Positions 30,418 to 40,157 of a stretch of 64,000 bases of DNA are shown in pieces. The DNA comes from an uncultured candidate division Zixibacteria bacterium. GTDB taxonomy: Bacteria; Zixibacteria; MSB-5A5; UBA10806; 4484-95. Each line of letters begins with the position of its first letter. The stretch's first letter is position 1. Both the position numbers and the translations under genes were made by a program. The stretch is taken from positions 800,001 to 864,000 of the forward strand of contig CAXXKA010000006.1 in the NCBI GenBank assembly GCA_963668625.2, read 5' to 3'. The notes below the pieces were generated by a model. That model did no database searches. It had not been told where the DNA came from and was given only the letters and a program-made list of their open reading frames with translations.

Positions 30418-31400
30418 GATATGCCCAAGCTGAGAAGATGGAGATAATCAGGACGGTGGAGAACTCGGAACTGAGTGTCAGGAAAACCCTCTTGGAGCTT
30501 GATATCAACCGGGGCACGTTCTACGAGTGGTACAGGCGGTATCGAGAGTATGGTTATGATGGTCTGGCCAACAGGAAGACATCGCCAAGGAAGTTCTGGA
30601 ACCGTATCCCCGATCAGGTAAAGTAGCAAGTTGTTGATATAGCTCTGGAGCATCCTGATAAGTCCCCGAGAGAGCTGGCCTGGTATATCACCGATACCCA
30701 GGAGTACTTTATCTCGGAATCGAGTGTTTACCGGACATTGAAGGCTTACGATCTGATCACCTCGCCAGCCTACATCGTTTTAAGGGCCTCGGATAAGTTC
30801 AAACATCCGACCACCGGGATAAACGAGCTCTGGCAGACTAATTTTACCTATTTCAAGATAGTCGGCTGGGGCTGGTATTACCTGTCTACGGTTATGGATG
30901 ATTATTCGAGGTATATCATCTCCTGGAAACTGTTTAGCTCGATGACTGCTGATGATGTCAAACAGACACTGGATATTGCGATTGATATCACCGGTATCGA
31001 TGCAATTCACGTTCTAAACAAACCGAGACTGCTGTCGGATAACGGTCCCTGCTATCTGGCAGCCCAACTCAAGGAGTATCTCGACAGCCATCACATGGAG
31101 CATACCCGAGGCGCTCCCTATCATTCCCAGACACAGGGCAAGATCGAGCGGTACCACCGCACCATGAAGAACCTGATCAAACTTCAACATTACTATCTGC
31201 CTGGTGAGTTGGAACATGAGATCGAGCAGTTCGTGGAGTACTACAATAATCAGAGATATCATGAATCACTGGATAATTTAACACCTGCCGATGTTTACTA
31301 TGGTAGAGATTTAGATATTTTAAGTAAGCGAGATGAGATCAAAAAGAGGACGTTAAGTCTTAGAAAACAACAAAATATGAGAAAGCAGGTTTTAGCTTGA
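30414..31400 (+). pseudogene. Transposase OrfB with in-frame TAG at 30624-30626
   Basis: ORFs 30414-30626 and 30738-31400 are in the same frame; WQTNFTY (first catalytic D replaced by N), SDNGPCY, QGKIER. Confidence 0.82.
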
Positions 31401-31462
31401 TATTATCAAAACTGTCTCTTAGATTTTGCCTAAATCTGTCAAAAAGGTTCTGAATACGTACA

Positions 31463-32122
31463 AAAGCCGGTGGTAACCATAAAAATCTTAATTATGGGCT
31501 TTACTTTGGAAATCCATATAGCTATTCTTTAAATAATCCGGTAAAGTTTGTAGACAGGGATGGAAATGAAGGGCTAACAATAGCTGCCCTTACGTACGTA
31601 TGCCTTGAAACATCAGCAGATATAACATGTTTATATTGGACTGTAAAGGAATACCAGGCAAATCCATCATGGTTAGGTTTGGGGGCAATTGGGCTAGACG
31701 CAACGTTTGTTTTTGGAATAGGTGGACCAAATGTACTTGGCTATATTCGACATGCTGATAATTTTGCTGATTTGTTCAATACTTTTAGAGGTGTAAGGAA
31801 TGCATCTAAAGTTCTAAGTAGCGGGAAGACAGTCATCGGAAAAGTGGGCCAATACGAACCACTGGCAGAAGAACTTGGCGCAAATTATTTTAAAGTATCA
31901 AACGAAGTTTGGAATTCATTGGATCGCGAAGGAAGATGGGCTTTAAACAGAGCATTTCTTGATGAAGCTGTCAAAAGAGGAGATGAATTCATTTTGGCAA
32001 CTCCCTTAAGTGGTTTAGATGAACTTAATACAATGGTAGGGTTTTACGGAGATGAGCTTAGATACCTTAATAACGTACATGGTTACAATCTAAGTGCGGA
32101 TGGTACAAGAATGTTTCGTTGA
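31463..32122 (+). pseudogene. Orphan RHS core tip + C-terminal toxin domain
   Basis: The frame is open from the IS end: ...NPYSYSLNNPVKFVDRDGNEG (RHS-associated core terminus), continuing into ORF 31679-32122. Confidence 0.75.
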
Positions 32123-32131
32123 GGAGGATGA

Positions 32132-32497
32132 ATGGATAGAAAAACTGTTGTAGATAATATAGTCAATTTGGCTAATGACTTCTATAGAAGAAGAAATATT
32201 TCTATGTACCAATTATTTCTGGACTCAGGATACTTAACCTTACAAGAAGAAATATCTATCGATGAGATCAAAGCAGAGTTAAGAAGTTGCCCTTATCTTA
32301 TAGAATCATGGTTTAATTATTCTGATGACCAAAGAATTAGTAATGGGTGGTACGTTAGGAAAGAAAGCGAGAATAATTATATAATTAATAGAATAGAATC
32401 CGATTCAATTTCTACATTTACGAGTAAACTCGACGCATGCGCACGTTTTGTGCAATTACAGGTCGAAGTATTGAAAAAAATGAAATTAGATAAATAG
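32132..32497 (+). CDS. Putative immunity protein for the RHS toxin
   Basis: Small ORF directly after the toxin tip with a strong GAGGAGG RBS. Confidence 0.55.
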   Translation: MDRKTVVDNIVNLANDFYRRRNISMYQLFLDSGYLTLQEEISIDEIKAELRSCPYLIESWFNYSDDQRISNGWYVRKESENNYIINRIESDSISTFTSKLDACARFVQLQVEVLKKMKLDK

Positions 32498-32592
32498 AAT
32501 ATAGCGTAATCTTTGTACTTAATTCTATTATCTATTCAGTCAGTGGAACTTGTTCTTGATAATGCAATTGACACAGTCCTTCTAGGGATAAC

Positions 32593-32624
32593 AACTGCCG
32601 GGCCTGATCCCCGGCAGTTTTTTT
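32593..32624 (+). terminator. Intrinsic terminator
   Basis: AACTGCCGGG...CCCGGCAGTT + T-run. Confidence 0.7.
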
Positions 32625-32846
32625 ATAAATCACATTGAGTAAAATTGAATATTATCTGCCACAACATTGGCTTATTTTTACGAGTAGTGAAGGGAAGGAT
32701 TATCTTTTTCATTTGCTATTATTAAATACCTTACATCTTAGATTGTATAGCAGATGCACCGATTTTTACCGGGTTTTACATCGGCTTTGTTAATTACTTC
32801 AAATCTCTTTTATTCTTTTATCGTGGTGTCGTTGATCTAATAAATT

Positions 32847-32878
32847 TGTAACCCTTCGGAGCCTACCGTGCCATTTTG
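32847..32878 (+). mobile_element. Isolated left end of an IS related to the 29959 element
   Basis: TGTAACCCTTCGGAGCCTACCGTGCCATTTTG vs TGTATCTTGTCAGAGCCTACCGTGCCATTTTG. Confidence 0.65.
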
Positions 32879-33550
32879 TGTCATAGGTCGGGTAAAACCG
32901 GCCAGTTTGGATCGCTTTAAAACCGGCCACTTGAGGAGGCTTTATTTGCCATATTGTCTATCCGTAAAGGAGGACAGATATGGCGAATCAGCTCAAGATG
33001 GTTATGGTTCAGGCGATTATAGGCTTACTGGAGCAGGGCTGGTCACATCGGCGGATAGCCCGTGAACTGGGTATTCATCGTGAGACAGTGGCCCGGTATG
33101 ATCGGTTACGGCACTCAAAACCGGCCAACCCGACCCCGGCTCAGATATAACAGACTTCTCAAAACCGGCCAATGCGACCCCCGGGTTAATGCTGCCGGAT
33201 CACTCATTAGGTCCACCAAGCTTATGTCAACCTTTCGATGAGATCATCAATTATAGGCTCGAGCAGAATCTATCCGGCCAGCGGATCTGGCAGGCTCTGG
33301 TCGAGGAGCATGGTTTCAACGGTTCTTACAGTTCGGTCAAACGTTATGTTCGCCGCCTTGGTATGATCCTGAGCTTAATCCCAAGATAGTCGAGTTCGCC
33401 CGGCATTACGGCTTCGTGTTTTTACCTACGATCGTATACCTTGTTTCAAAGGTAAGGTTGTGCGCAGCATCCCACGTGAAAAGCGGTGTGAAGTATGTCA
33501 AAAGCAACGCCCTGAAAAGCCGGACATTCACCAGTCTTGAGGAGCAGAAT
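32879..33550 (+). mobile_element. Degraded IS21-family element (istA remnant)
   Basis: TG start with repeated AAAACCGGCCA subterminal motifs; ATG 32980 MANQLKM...GWSHRRIARELGIHRETV; later fragments GSYSSVKRYVRRL and VKYVKSNAL are frameshifted. Confidence 0.75.
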
Positions 33551-33669
33551 AAAGAGAGGCTTGTTTAAATCGAAGTATTATGGAAATCACTTAAAACAAA
33601 AATGTTCGTTTCTAACCCGATCCCAGCTGCTAAATATTAATCCGATCCGTGACACCGTGATATAAGACC

Positions 33670-33747
33670 ATGTTGAGCAGCTAGAAGAATACATAATGCT
33701 TGAAATAATACGAAAAAATGGGTCTCAAAAATAATTCCGCGTGCCTG
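33670..33747 (+). repeat. 78-bp direct repeat, left copy
   Basis: Matches 36479-36556 with 1 mismatch. Confidence 0.9.
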
Positions 33748-33933
33748 TAACACGGGGGGGTAGTAGAGTACACATAGAGGCTACATAATGGTAGCAAGTA
33801 GTTGCTTGGCAACTATATATGGCAAATTTTCACCGGAGGGGGTTAAAAGATTCAAACGTGACCGAGAGGACACGGTTTTTTAAAACCATTTGACAGAAGA
33901 AGTAATAGTAGTTACTTGCGTATAAAATCCATC

Positions 33934-33962
33934 TTGACTTAGCATTGTTTAAAAGGTATTAT
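33934..33962 (+). promoter_or_regulatory. Sigma70-like promoter
   Basis: TTGACT-17 bp-TATTAT. Confidence 0.55.
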
Positions 33963-34026
33963 TGAGAATATAATTTGAAATGTGTGTGTAGTTTATTTTG
34001 TTAAATTGATGATTGAAGGAGAACTT

Positions 34027-34569
34027 ATGAATGAAAGAAGAATAGTGCTAACCGTTAATGAACGCTTAATGCTTTCTAATCAATATTGTATTCTTGAAGC
34101 TCTCTATCCAAAAGAAGCTGTTTTATTCAAAAGGATGCGCACGATAGTTGAAGAGGGATATGAACTTCATTATAACGATCTTAATGCGACAATATTAGAG
34201 AGCAGAATCTCAGTAGAAGATTGCAAAGAAGTTATGGATATACTAGATATGTATCGGGCGTTACTTTTTAGCTACCGCAGAATAGATGAAAAAGAAGATA
34301 TAGATGCTAAACAATTAGAATTCGAAGGGTTTGACGGAAATTCATCATCAGGAAGACTAGGATATGCACGTTTTTTAATACTAACTCAAGAACGGTGGCA
34401 GGAAGTTTTAGAAGGTAGACCTGATTTTGATTTAAACAGTCATCGTCAAGTAATTGAGATGTATCGTAGAATGCTTCAAGTGTGGAAGGAGATTGATGAT
34501 AAATTTAATCTAAAAAAAGATGAAATCAAAAATATAATTGAAGCAAAAATACATCCGGATTATAAATAG
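34027..34569 (+). CDS. YfbU-family (UPF0304) protein
   Basis: ERLMLSNQY.IL..L.P...EEGYELHY...EVMDILDMY...FEGFDGN...LNSH...YRRML; start at ATG 34027 after GAAGGAG. Confidence 0.8.
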   Translation: MNERRIVLTVNERLMLSNQYCILEALYPKEAVLFKRMRTIVEEGYELHYNDLNATILESRISVEDCKEVMDILDMYRALLFSYRRIDEKEDIDAKQLEFEGFDGNSSSGRLGYARFLILTQERWQEVLEGRPDFDLNSHRQVIEMYRRMLQVWKEIDDKFNLKKDEIKNIIEAKIHPDYK

Positions 34570-35048
34570 TGTTAGAGGTTATATATATAATTGGTTCAAT
34601 TGCGTCTATTATTGGAGCTATAATATCATGGCGATTTGCAGGTAGGGCAAGGAAATATGCATCATATGTAATGGAACAATTATCGAATAAGCGAAAAATA
34701 TCTGAATTGGCTGAATTAAAGACAAAATGGGATGAAACTTATGGTGAACTACGTGATTTTGGGCCAGCAATGAGAGAGTCGGAATTGAGAGGGAAAGATT
34801 CTTCTAAAGCGGCTAAGCTAGTTCAAGATTATATTGGTGAAGTAAAAAAGCGTAGTTATAGCCTTAGTAACATAAATAATCTTGATGAAATTTTAAGAGA
34901 AATTGGTATAAAGTTAAAAGAGTTTACTGAGGCATATGAGGCTAAAGTTTTAAAAGATAAAGGAAGCAAGCTATTAGGAGATTTAGGTGATCTGGATGCA
35001 AAAATAAGAGCATCATTTATTGCGGCTAAAGATAAAATTGAAATTTAA
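34569..35048 (+). CDS. Hypothetical protein, N-terminal TM helix + helical domain
   Basis: VIYIIGSIASIIGAIISW hydrophobic segment; translationally coupled to the YfbU gene. Confidence 0.65.
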   Translation: MLEVIYIIGSIASIIGAIISWRFAGRARKYASYVMEQLSNKRKISELAELKTKWDETYGELRDFGPAMRESELRGKDSSKAAKLVQDYIGEVKKRSYSLSNINNLDEILREIGIKLKEFTEAYEAKVLKDKGSKLLGDLGDLDAKIRASFIAAKDKIEI

Positions 35049-35223
35049 TATCTGAATATGTAATTAAAATAATAAAACTATTACCCTACGCTGAACTTGC
35101 GTGCCCATGGGGTGGCCATAATCGCAATGTTCGCGGCATTCATGAAAACCAAATAAGCATGATTTAATAACCAAACTGTTAGGTGGAGTAGAGGTTAGTA
35201 ATATTATTGAGGGATAATCCAGA

Positions 35224-35904
35224 ATGGTAAAAAGAAGATATAATAAAAAAATAAGAAAGGAAGTTCAGGAAAATAAATATTGGAAAATAATAGTAGATAT
35301 AGCTACTATAGCGATTGCTGGAGGTATGTTATACAATGCTTATTTATTATATGATATAAACGAGGATGTGGCAAAATACAATGAAGCTAATTTACAGCCA
35401 CAATTGTTTGTAAATTTAGATACTTTAGAGACATTTGAATCTAGAGAGAATGAAGTAGAAATAAATAATATTATTGAAGATATTTTAGATTCTATGGATA
35501 TTCATTATTCATGGATAAATAGTGGGGAGACTGTTGCAGTAAATGCTTATGTAATAAAGCCAAGATTATTTTGTGATAATGCGAGTAATATCATTTTACC
35601 AGTACCTCCAAAAAGCGATGTTTATACTTTTATATTACCAAAAAAGGATATTAAAAGAGCATGCAAATTAAGCGGAGATGAAAAAGCATTTAAGAAGTTA
35701 GAAAGAAAGAAGACGGTATATTTATATTTTGCCGTATTTTATGAAGATTTAAAAGAGAAAAAATACTTATCTATTTTTATTAAGGGTATTAAAATCAAAG
35801 AAGACAGTAAAGGTATATATGTAGAACATTATGATGAAAAGCATAAAATAATTAAATTTGAATCAGAATTAGATTCAACGGTAACTATATCGTGGGATTC
35901 TTAA
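35224..35904 (+). CDS. Hypothetical single-TM protein
   Basis: AT-rich 226-aa ORF with one N-terminal hydrophobic segment. Confidence 0.6.
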   Translation: MVKRRYNKKIRKEVQENKYWKIIVDIATIAIAGGMLYNAYLLYDINEDVAKYNEANLQPQLFVNLDTLETFESRENEVEINNIIEDILDSMDIHYSWINSGETVAVNAYVIKPRLFCDNASNIILPVPPKSDVYTFILPKKDIKRACKLSGDEKAFKKLERKKTVYLYFAVFYEDLKEKKYLSIFIKGIKIKEDSKGIYVEHYDEKHKIIKFESELDSTVTISWDS

Positions 35905-35927
35905 ATAATAAATAAAATGTTTAACAT

Positions 35928-36359
35928 ATGAATTACGAATGGATAATAGGATTTGCAGGTATTTTTATTGGTTTTTTCTTAAGCAGAATTGATAAGTTTA
36001 TTGATGAAAGAAAAAGGATTAGGAATGTAAAAAAGATACTAATTAAGGAATTAGAGTTAAATGTTGAAGCGTTAGATATAGCTATAGAAGATAATGAATC
36101 AAATAAAGTGAAGGTGTTATTATCAGCTGGTGATGAATTAAGGATGGATGTATTTAAAAGTTATCTAAATAAGATTGATAATTTGAAATTTCATCAACTT
36201 GATGCTTTATTCGATGGTTATGATTCATTAATATATTACAAAAGTAAATGTGAATTTGTAAGTAAAAAAGAGAATAAAAGACAGTATCAAGATAAGTTAT
36301 ATAAGAATGCTAAGGATACTATGAATGATCTTATTCATGCAATAGAGTCAATTGAATAA
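35928..36359 (+). CDS. Hypothetical protein with N-terminal TM
   Basis: WIIGFAGIFIGFFL followed by a charged helical region. Confidence 0.6.
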   Translation: MNYEWIIGFAGIFIGFFLSRIDKFIDERKRIRNVKKILIKELELNVEALDIAIEDNESNKVKVLLSAGDELRMDVFKSYLNKIDNLKFHQLDALFDGYDSLIYYKSKCEFVSKKENKRQYQDKLYKNAKDTMNDLIHAIESIE

Positions 36360-36434
36360 CTTAGTAAATGGTAAAACACAAAGTTCGCAAATCACACAAC
36401 TCGGCGTAGTTAAAATTATAGCGAAGTTAAGCTT

Positions 36435-36473
36435 AAAAACCGTGCCAATAGAATTGGCGCGGTTTTTGTTTTT
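36435..36473 (+). terminator. Intrinsic terminator
   Basis: AAAAACCGTGCCAAT-AGA-ATTGGCGCGGTTTTT. Confidence 0.65.
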
Positions 36474-36478
36474 ATAAT

Positions 36479-36556
36479 ATGTTGAGCAGCTAGAAGAATA
36501 CATAATGCTTGAAATAATACCAAAAAATGGGTCTCAAAAATAATTCCGCGTGCCTG
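36479..36556 (+). repeat. 78-bp direct repeat, right copy
   Basis: Matches 33670-33747. Confidence 0.9.
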
Positions 36557-36569
36557 GGTAGTAAGAGAC

Positions 36570-36690
36570 TGATCTTTCCTCGCTTTGACGGACACGTAGA
36601 TAAGGCGTATATTAATCATCAGGAGGTGTCTGCATGGGAGACGGATGCAGATATAACCGGTGATTCAAGCTTGAGCGAGTCCGCTTACCA
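36570..36690 (+). mobile_element. Degraded IS3-family left end and orfA start
   Basis: TGATCTTTCC...GGACAC...AGGAGGTGTC end structure, then R-Y-N-R-*-F-K-L-E-R-V-R-L (cf. OrfA RYxxEFKLEAVRL). Confidence 0.5.
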
Positions 36691-36853
36691 GTAGGTCGGT
36701 AAGCCGTGGTTCCCGACTAACCAGCGTATGGAATATCGAATATACTTGCATGAATCAGTAGAATACTCAATCGGCGTATTTCGTGTAAGTCGGTTACACC
36801 GCCCCTTAGCAGGAGCCGCAGTTCGCTGACCTGCGATTAAAGATAGTCACTCA

Positions 36854-37555
36854 TCACTTATTCACCAGTAATTTAAAACCTCGGCCGTGGATATTGACTA
36901 TCTCTATGCGGTCATCCGGTTTAAGATATTTACGGAGCTTGGATATGAAAACATCCATACTGCGGCTGTTGAAATAATTCTCATCACCCCATATCTGACG
37001 AAGGGCATCGCCGCGCTCCAAAGTGTGATTGACATTCAAACACAGCAGGCGCAATAGCTCGGATTCTTTAGAGGTGAGCTTGAACTCGGATGTTTTACCG
37101 GTCAGGGTTCGTTTGTCGCTGTCGAAAATAAAATCGCCGATCTCGAAACTACCTGGCGAATCTCCACCAGTATCCCGGTTGACTCGCTTCAATACCGCTT
37201 GCATACGAAGCATCAATTCCTCGACACTGAAAGGCTTGGTGATATAATCATCACAACCGACTTTGAAGCCCTTGATTTTGTCCTCCTGAAGAGATTTAGC
37301 GGTGAGGAAGATGATCGGTACGGACTCATTCTTTTTTCGTATCTCCGAGGTAAAAGCGAAACCATCCATTTTAGGCATCATGATGTCGACCAGGCAAAGA
37401 TCGAAAGAGCCGGTGTTGAAAGTATCCAACCCCTCGCGGCCATCCTGGCAAAGGGTGACCTGATATCCATGCAGTTTGAGATGTTCGCAGACTATCAGGC
37501 CGAGGTTATGGTCATCCTCTAACAGGAGTATTTTTGCTTTTGATGATTCCGTCAT
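36854..37555 (-). CDS. OmpR/PhoB-family response regulator
   Basis: LLEDD, DIMMPKMDG, FLTAK, DDYITKPF, winged helix RSMDVFISKLRK. Confidence 0.93.
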   Translation of the reverse strand: MTESSKAKILLLEDDHNLGLIVCEHLKLHGYQVTLCQDGREGLDTFNTGSFDLCLVDIMMPKMDGFAFTSEIRKKNESVPIIFLTAKSLQEDKIKGFKVGCDDYITKPFSVEELMLRMQAVLKRVNRDTGGDSPGSFEIGDFIFDSDKRTLTGKTSEFKLTSKESELLRLLCLNVNHTLERGDALRQIWGDENYFNSRSMDVFISKLRKYLKPDDRIEIVNIHGRGFKLLVNK

Positions 37556-37617
37556 CTTCTATTCCTTTACCTGTTGATCGCCTCTTTGATAACGCGGCGT
37601 CCAGATAGGTGGAGTAC

Positions 37618-39225
37618 TCAATCTTTCTGCGGAAAGTACAACTCAACCCTCGTTCCTTTACCGGGCTGGCTTTTGATTTCAACTTTGCCTTTATGCGCCT
37701 CGACCATCAACTTGACATAGCTGAGGCCCAGTCCGAACCCTTTGACATCATGAACATCACCGGATGAAACCCGGTAGTATTTATTGAATACCATCTTTAA
37801 ATCGCTTTTACTTATTCCAATACCTTTATCGGATATTCGAATATAAATACCTCCATCGGCGTTCAATGTAGAGATATTAATTTTGGGATATTCAGGCGAA
37901 TATTTCAACGCGTTATCCAAAAGATTATTAATGATACCGCTCAAATGAACTTTATCCGAGCTTATGACCGGGTTATCAGCTTTATTCTCGAAAGCCACGG
38001 CTCCCGATCGTTTGGCAACCGAAAGCGATATGTTATCGACTGCCTCCTTTATGACCTCGTGAATGTCGATCGAATCGAGGTTAAGTTTGATATCGCCGTT
38101 TTCCATCGAAGCCATATGTAGTATTTTTTCCGCCTGATTGCGCATACGTTTGTTTTCATCCTGAATCATTTTAGAAAATTGCCTGACCTTCTCATTGTCG
38201 GATATCATATCCTCTCGTAGTATCGCCTCTGTTGCTAACGTGATGGTGGAGATAGGTGTTTTGAATTCGTGAGTCATATTGTTAACGAAATCCGCCATCA
38301 GCGCCGCATTACGTTTTTGCATGAGTATCACTTTAATGGTGTAAATGAATGTCGTTATGATTATTAATAGAAATATTCCAATTATAGCAAGCATCGGTAA
38401 TATCTGTTTCCACAGGTATACCTGCCGATCCGGGAAATAAAGTAGCAACTCCGTATCGGGTGATAAAATATCGAGAGGAAAAAGGCGCGTGCGATATCCG
38501 GTAGCTATCAGTTCGTCCTCGAATTTCGCCGGGGCGATTATTAGCGAATCGGGTTTGCTCAGACTGATACCGAACACATAATCAAGATAAACATTGACCT
38601 CGGCCAAACTCCGGGTAAGGCTGGAATCGATCAGGGCCGAATCGATTCGACTTTCCACCGGCACCGATTCCGAAACCCACATCTGGCTAAGTACCCTTTG
38701 CATGAAATCGACTCTACTGTCGGTAATTGCGCCGAATATTTTGATGCTACTCGCTGAACTATCACTTCCTGTTTTGAATTTATGTTTTTCGGTTTTGAAT
38801 ATCTCGATGTCATTGCGTCGCCGCTTATCCAGCAAGTTGATTGAGTCGAGAGTACCGTTTTGAATACAGGTGCTGAAAATCGTACTATCGAAGCAGCCTT
38901 CCCGGGTGATAACGGTGTCGGCTTTAAACAATATCAATTTCGATCTGACAGTATCAGCCATCGAGGAGTCATCGGCGTCCACGGTGATAGTCATGCTGTC
39001 GAGATCATCCAGGTCACCGGCAACATCGATGATAACCGACACCGCTTGATGAACCTCGATCAGGTCGATAGCCGAGTTAAGCGCGGTGGCGACATTGTTG
39101 TTGAACGTTTGCTCACGCGATTTGATGGCATCCCTAAGCAATAAGCCTTGCAGAAAAATCAAACCGGCCAGGGATACTACGATCAACGCTATTAACGTGC
39201 CGACTTTTTTGGTACCCAATATCAT
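37618..39225 (-). CDS. Membrane sensor histidine kinase
   Basis: Two TM segments, H-box NMTHEFKTP, NLLDNALKY, DKGIG, GFGLGL; likely start MILGTKK at 39225. Confidence 0.92.
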   Translation of the reverse strand: MILGTKKVGTLIALIVVSLAGLIFLQGLLLRDAIKSREQTFNNNVATALNSAIDLIEVHQAVSVIIDVAGDLDDLDSMTITVDADDSSMADTVRSKLILFKADTVITREGCFDSTIFSTCIQNGTLDSINLLDKRRRNDIEIFKTEKHKFKTGSDSSASSIKIFGAITDSRVDFMQRVLSQMWVSESVPVESRIDSALIDSSLTRSLAEVNVYLDYVFGISLSKPDSLIIAPAKFEDELIATGYRTRLFPLDILSPDTELLLYFPDRQVYLWKQILPMLAIIGIFLLIIITTFIYTIKVILMQKRNAALMADFVNNMTHEFKTPISTITLATEAILREDMISDNEKVRQFSKMIQDENKRMRNQAEKILHMASMENGDIKLNLDSIDIHEVIKEAVDNISLSVAKRSGAVAFENKADNPVISSDKVHLSGIINNLLDNALKYSPEYPKINISTLNADGGIYIRISDKGIGISKSDLKMVFNKYYRVSSGDVHDVKGFGLGLSYVKLMVEAHKGKVEIKSQPGKGTRVELYFPQKD

Positions 39226-39265
39226 GTAATTAATATAGGCGAAAATCCAGCGATAAGCACTCAAT

Positions 39266-39302
39266 TTAACATAATTTAACATTCGATAACATTTCTTAAC
39301 TA
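39266..39302. promoter_or_regulatory. Four direct repeats (T/A)TAAC(A) at exact 10-bp period; probable OmpR-family operator
   Basis: TTAACA 39266, TTAACA 39276, ATAACA 39286, TTAACT 39296, in the divergent intergenic region. Confidence 0.65.
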
Positions 39303-39371
39303 TTCCCGGAGTAACTTATCAATTTATATACAGTAATAGAACCAAGCAAAATAATAACAACGAGAGGAGTT

Positions 39372-40139
39372 ATGATGAGGCCATCAGTATGGACGAAAAA
39401 GCATTGCCGCACGGCGATTGCCAGTCTAGTATTCGCTTTAATATTAATGGTAGCCACGGGATATTCTCAGGCAGTTACCACGCTCGTAATAGATGACCCT
39501 GATGAGGTCATGAATATCAACGAATTCGGCGGCTTAATAGTCGGGATGAACGATACCGTTACGGTGCAGATGGTATTTCCCGAGGATCAAAGAGCGGATG
39601 CCTATAAGGCGCTGGATATTCGTTTCGGTGATATTATCAAGATGGTAAACGGTAAAACAATAACCTCGGTGAAACCACTCAAAGAAATATACGATAACGC
39701 AACATTCGGTGAAATTATCAAACTAGGCATTCTACGTGACGGCAAAATGAAGCTGTTGAAATTCGAGAAAGCCGATCCTGAGGTATTGCCAAACAACATG
39801 CAAATAACTATGGATGGATCGAGCGAGGTGCAAACTATGACGACCTTGTTTATTGACGGGATGATGATCTCCACTGCGGACAATAATGTTGTCATCAGCG
39901 ATGTCATTTCCAATATGTCGCCGGAGTTTACCGGCTATACACCGGCGAAGGGAGATTATATCGTTCAATTACAGGGCAAGGAAATAAGCTCTCCCGATGA
40001 ATTCGATAAGATATACGAAAGTATAAAGCAAGGCGATATGGTAAAACTGAAACTTCTCAGCGGAGATAAGGAGAAGGAATGTTCGTATATCAAACCTGCT
40101 CAAACGGAACAACAAACAATTATTCAAAAAGCGGGATAA
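39372..40139 (+). CDS. Exported tandem PDZ-like domain protein
   Basis: Signal peptide; two GDxIxxxxG..I motifs (GDIIKMVNGK, GDYIVQLQGK). Confidence 0.7.
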   Translation: MMRPSVWTKKHCRTAIASLVFALILMVATGYSQAVTTLVIDDPDEVMNINEFGGLIVGMNDTVTVQMVFPEDQRADAYKALDIRFGDIIKMVNGKTITSVKPLKEIYDNATFGEIIKLGILRDGKMKLLKFEKADPEVLPNNMQITMDGSSEVQTMTTLFIDGMMISTADNNVVISDVISNMSPEFTGYTPAKGDYIVQLQGKEISSPDEFDKIYESIKQGDMVKLKLLSGDKEKECSYIKPAQTEQQTIIQKAG

Positions 40140-40157
40140 TTAAACAAAGGATGTATC

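Larger units (their letters stand above)
29959..31462 (+). mobile_element. IS3-family element with inactivated transposase
   Basis: IRs TGTATCTTGTCAGAGCC / (reverse complement) TGTACGTATTCAGAACC; no flanking TSD. Confidence 0.82.

Noticed and set aside
33982-36432. Integron cassette array (possible attC at ~35075-35185 and ~36393-36432)
   Set aside because: Only weak AAC...GTT pairing, too short or poorly paired. The nearby integrases are short XerC/D-like proteins with no evident IntI-specific insertion.
36585-36840. Small RNA or short peptide behind a TTGACG-17-TATATT promoter
   Set aside because: Better explained as a decayed IS3 left end with an orfA remnant.
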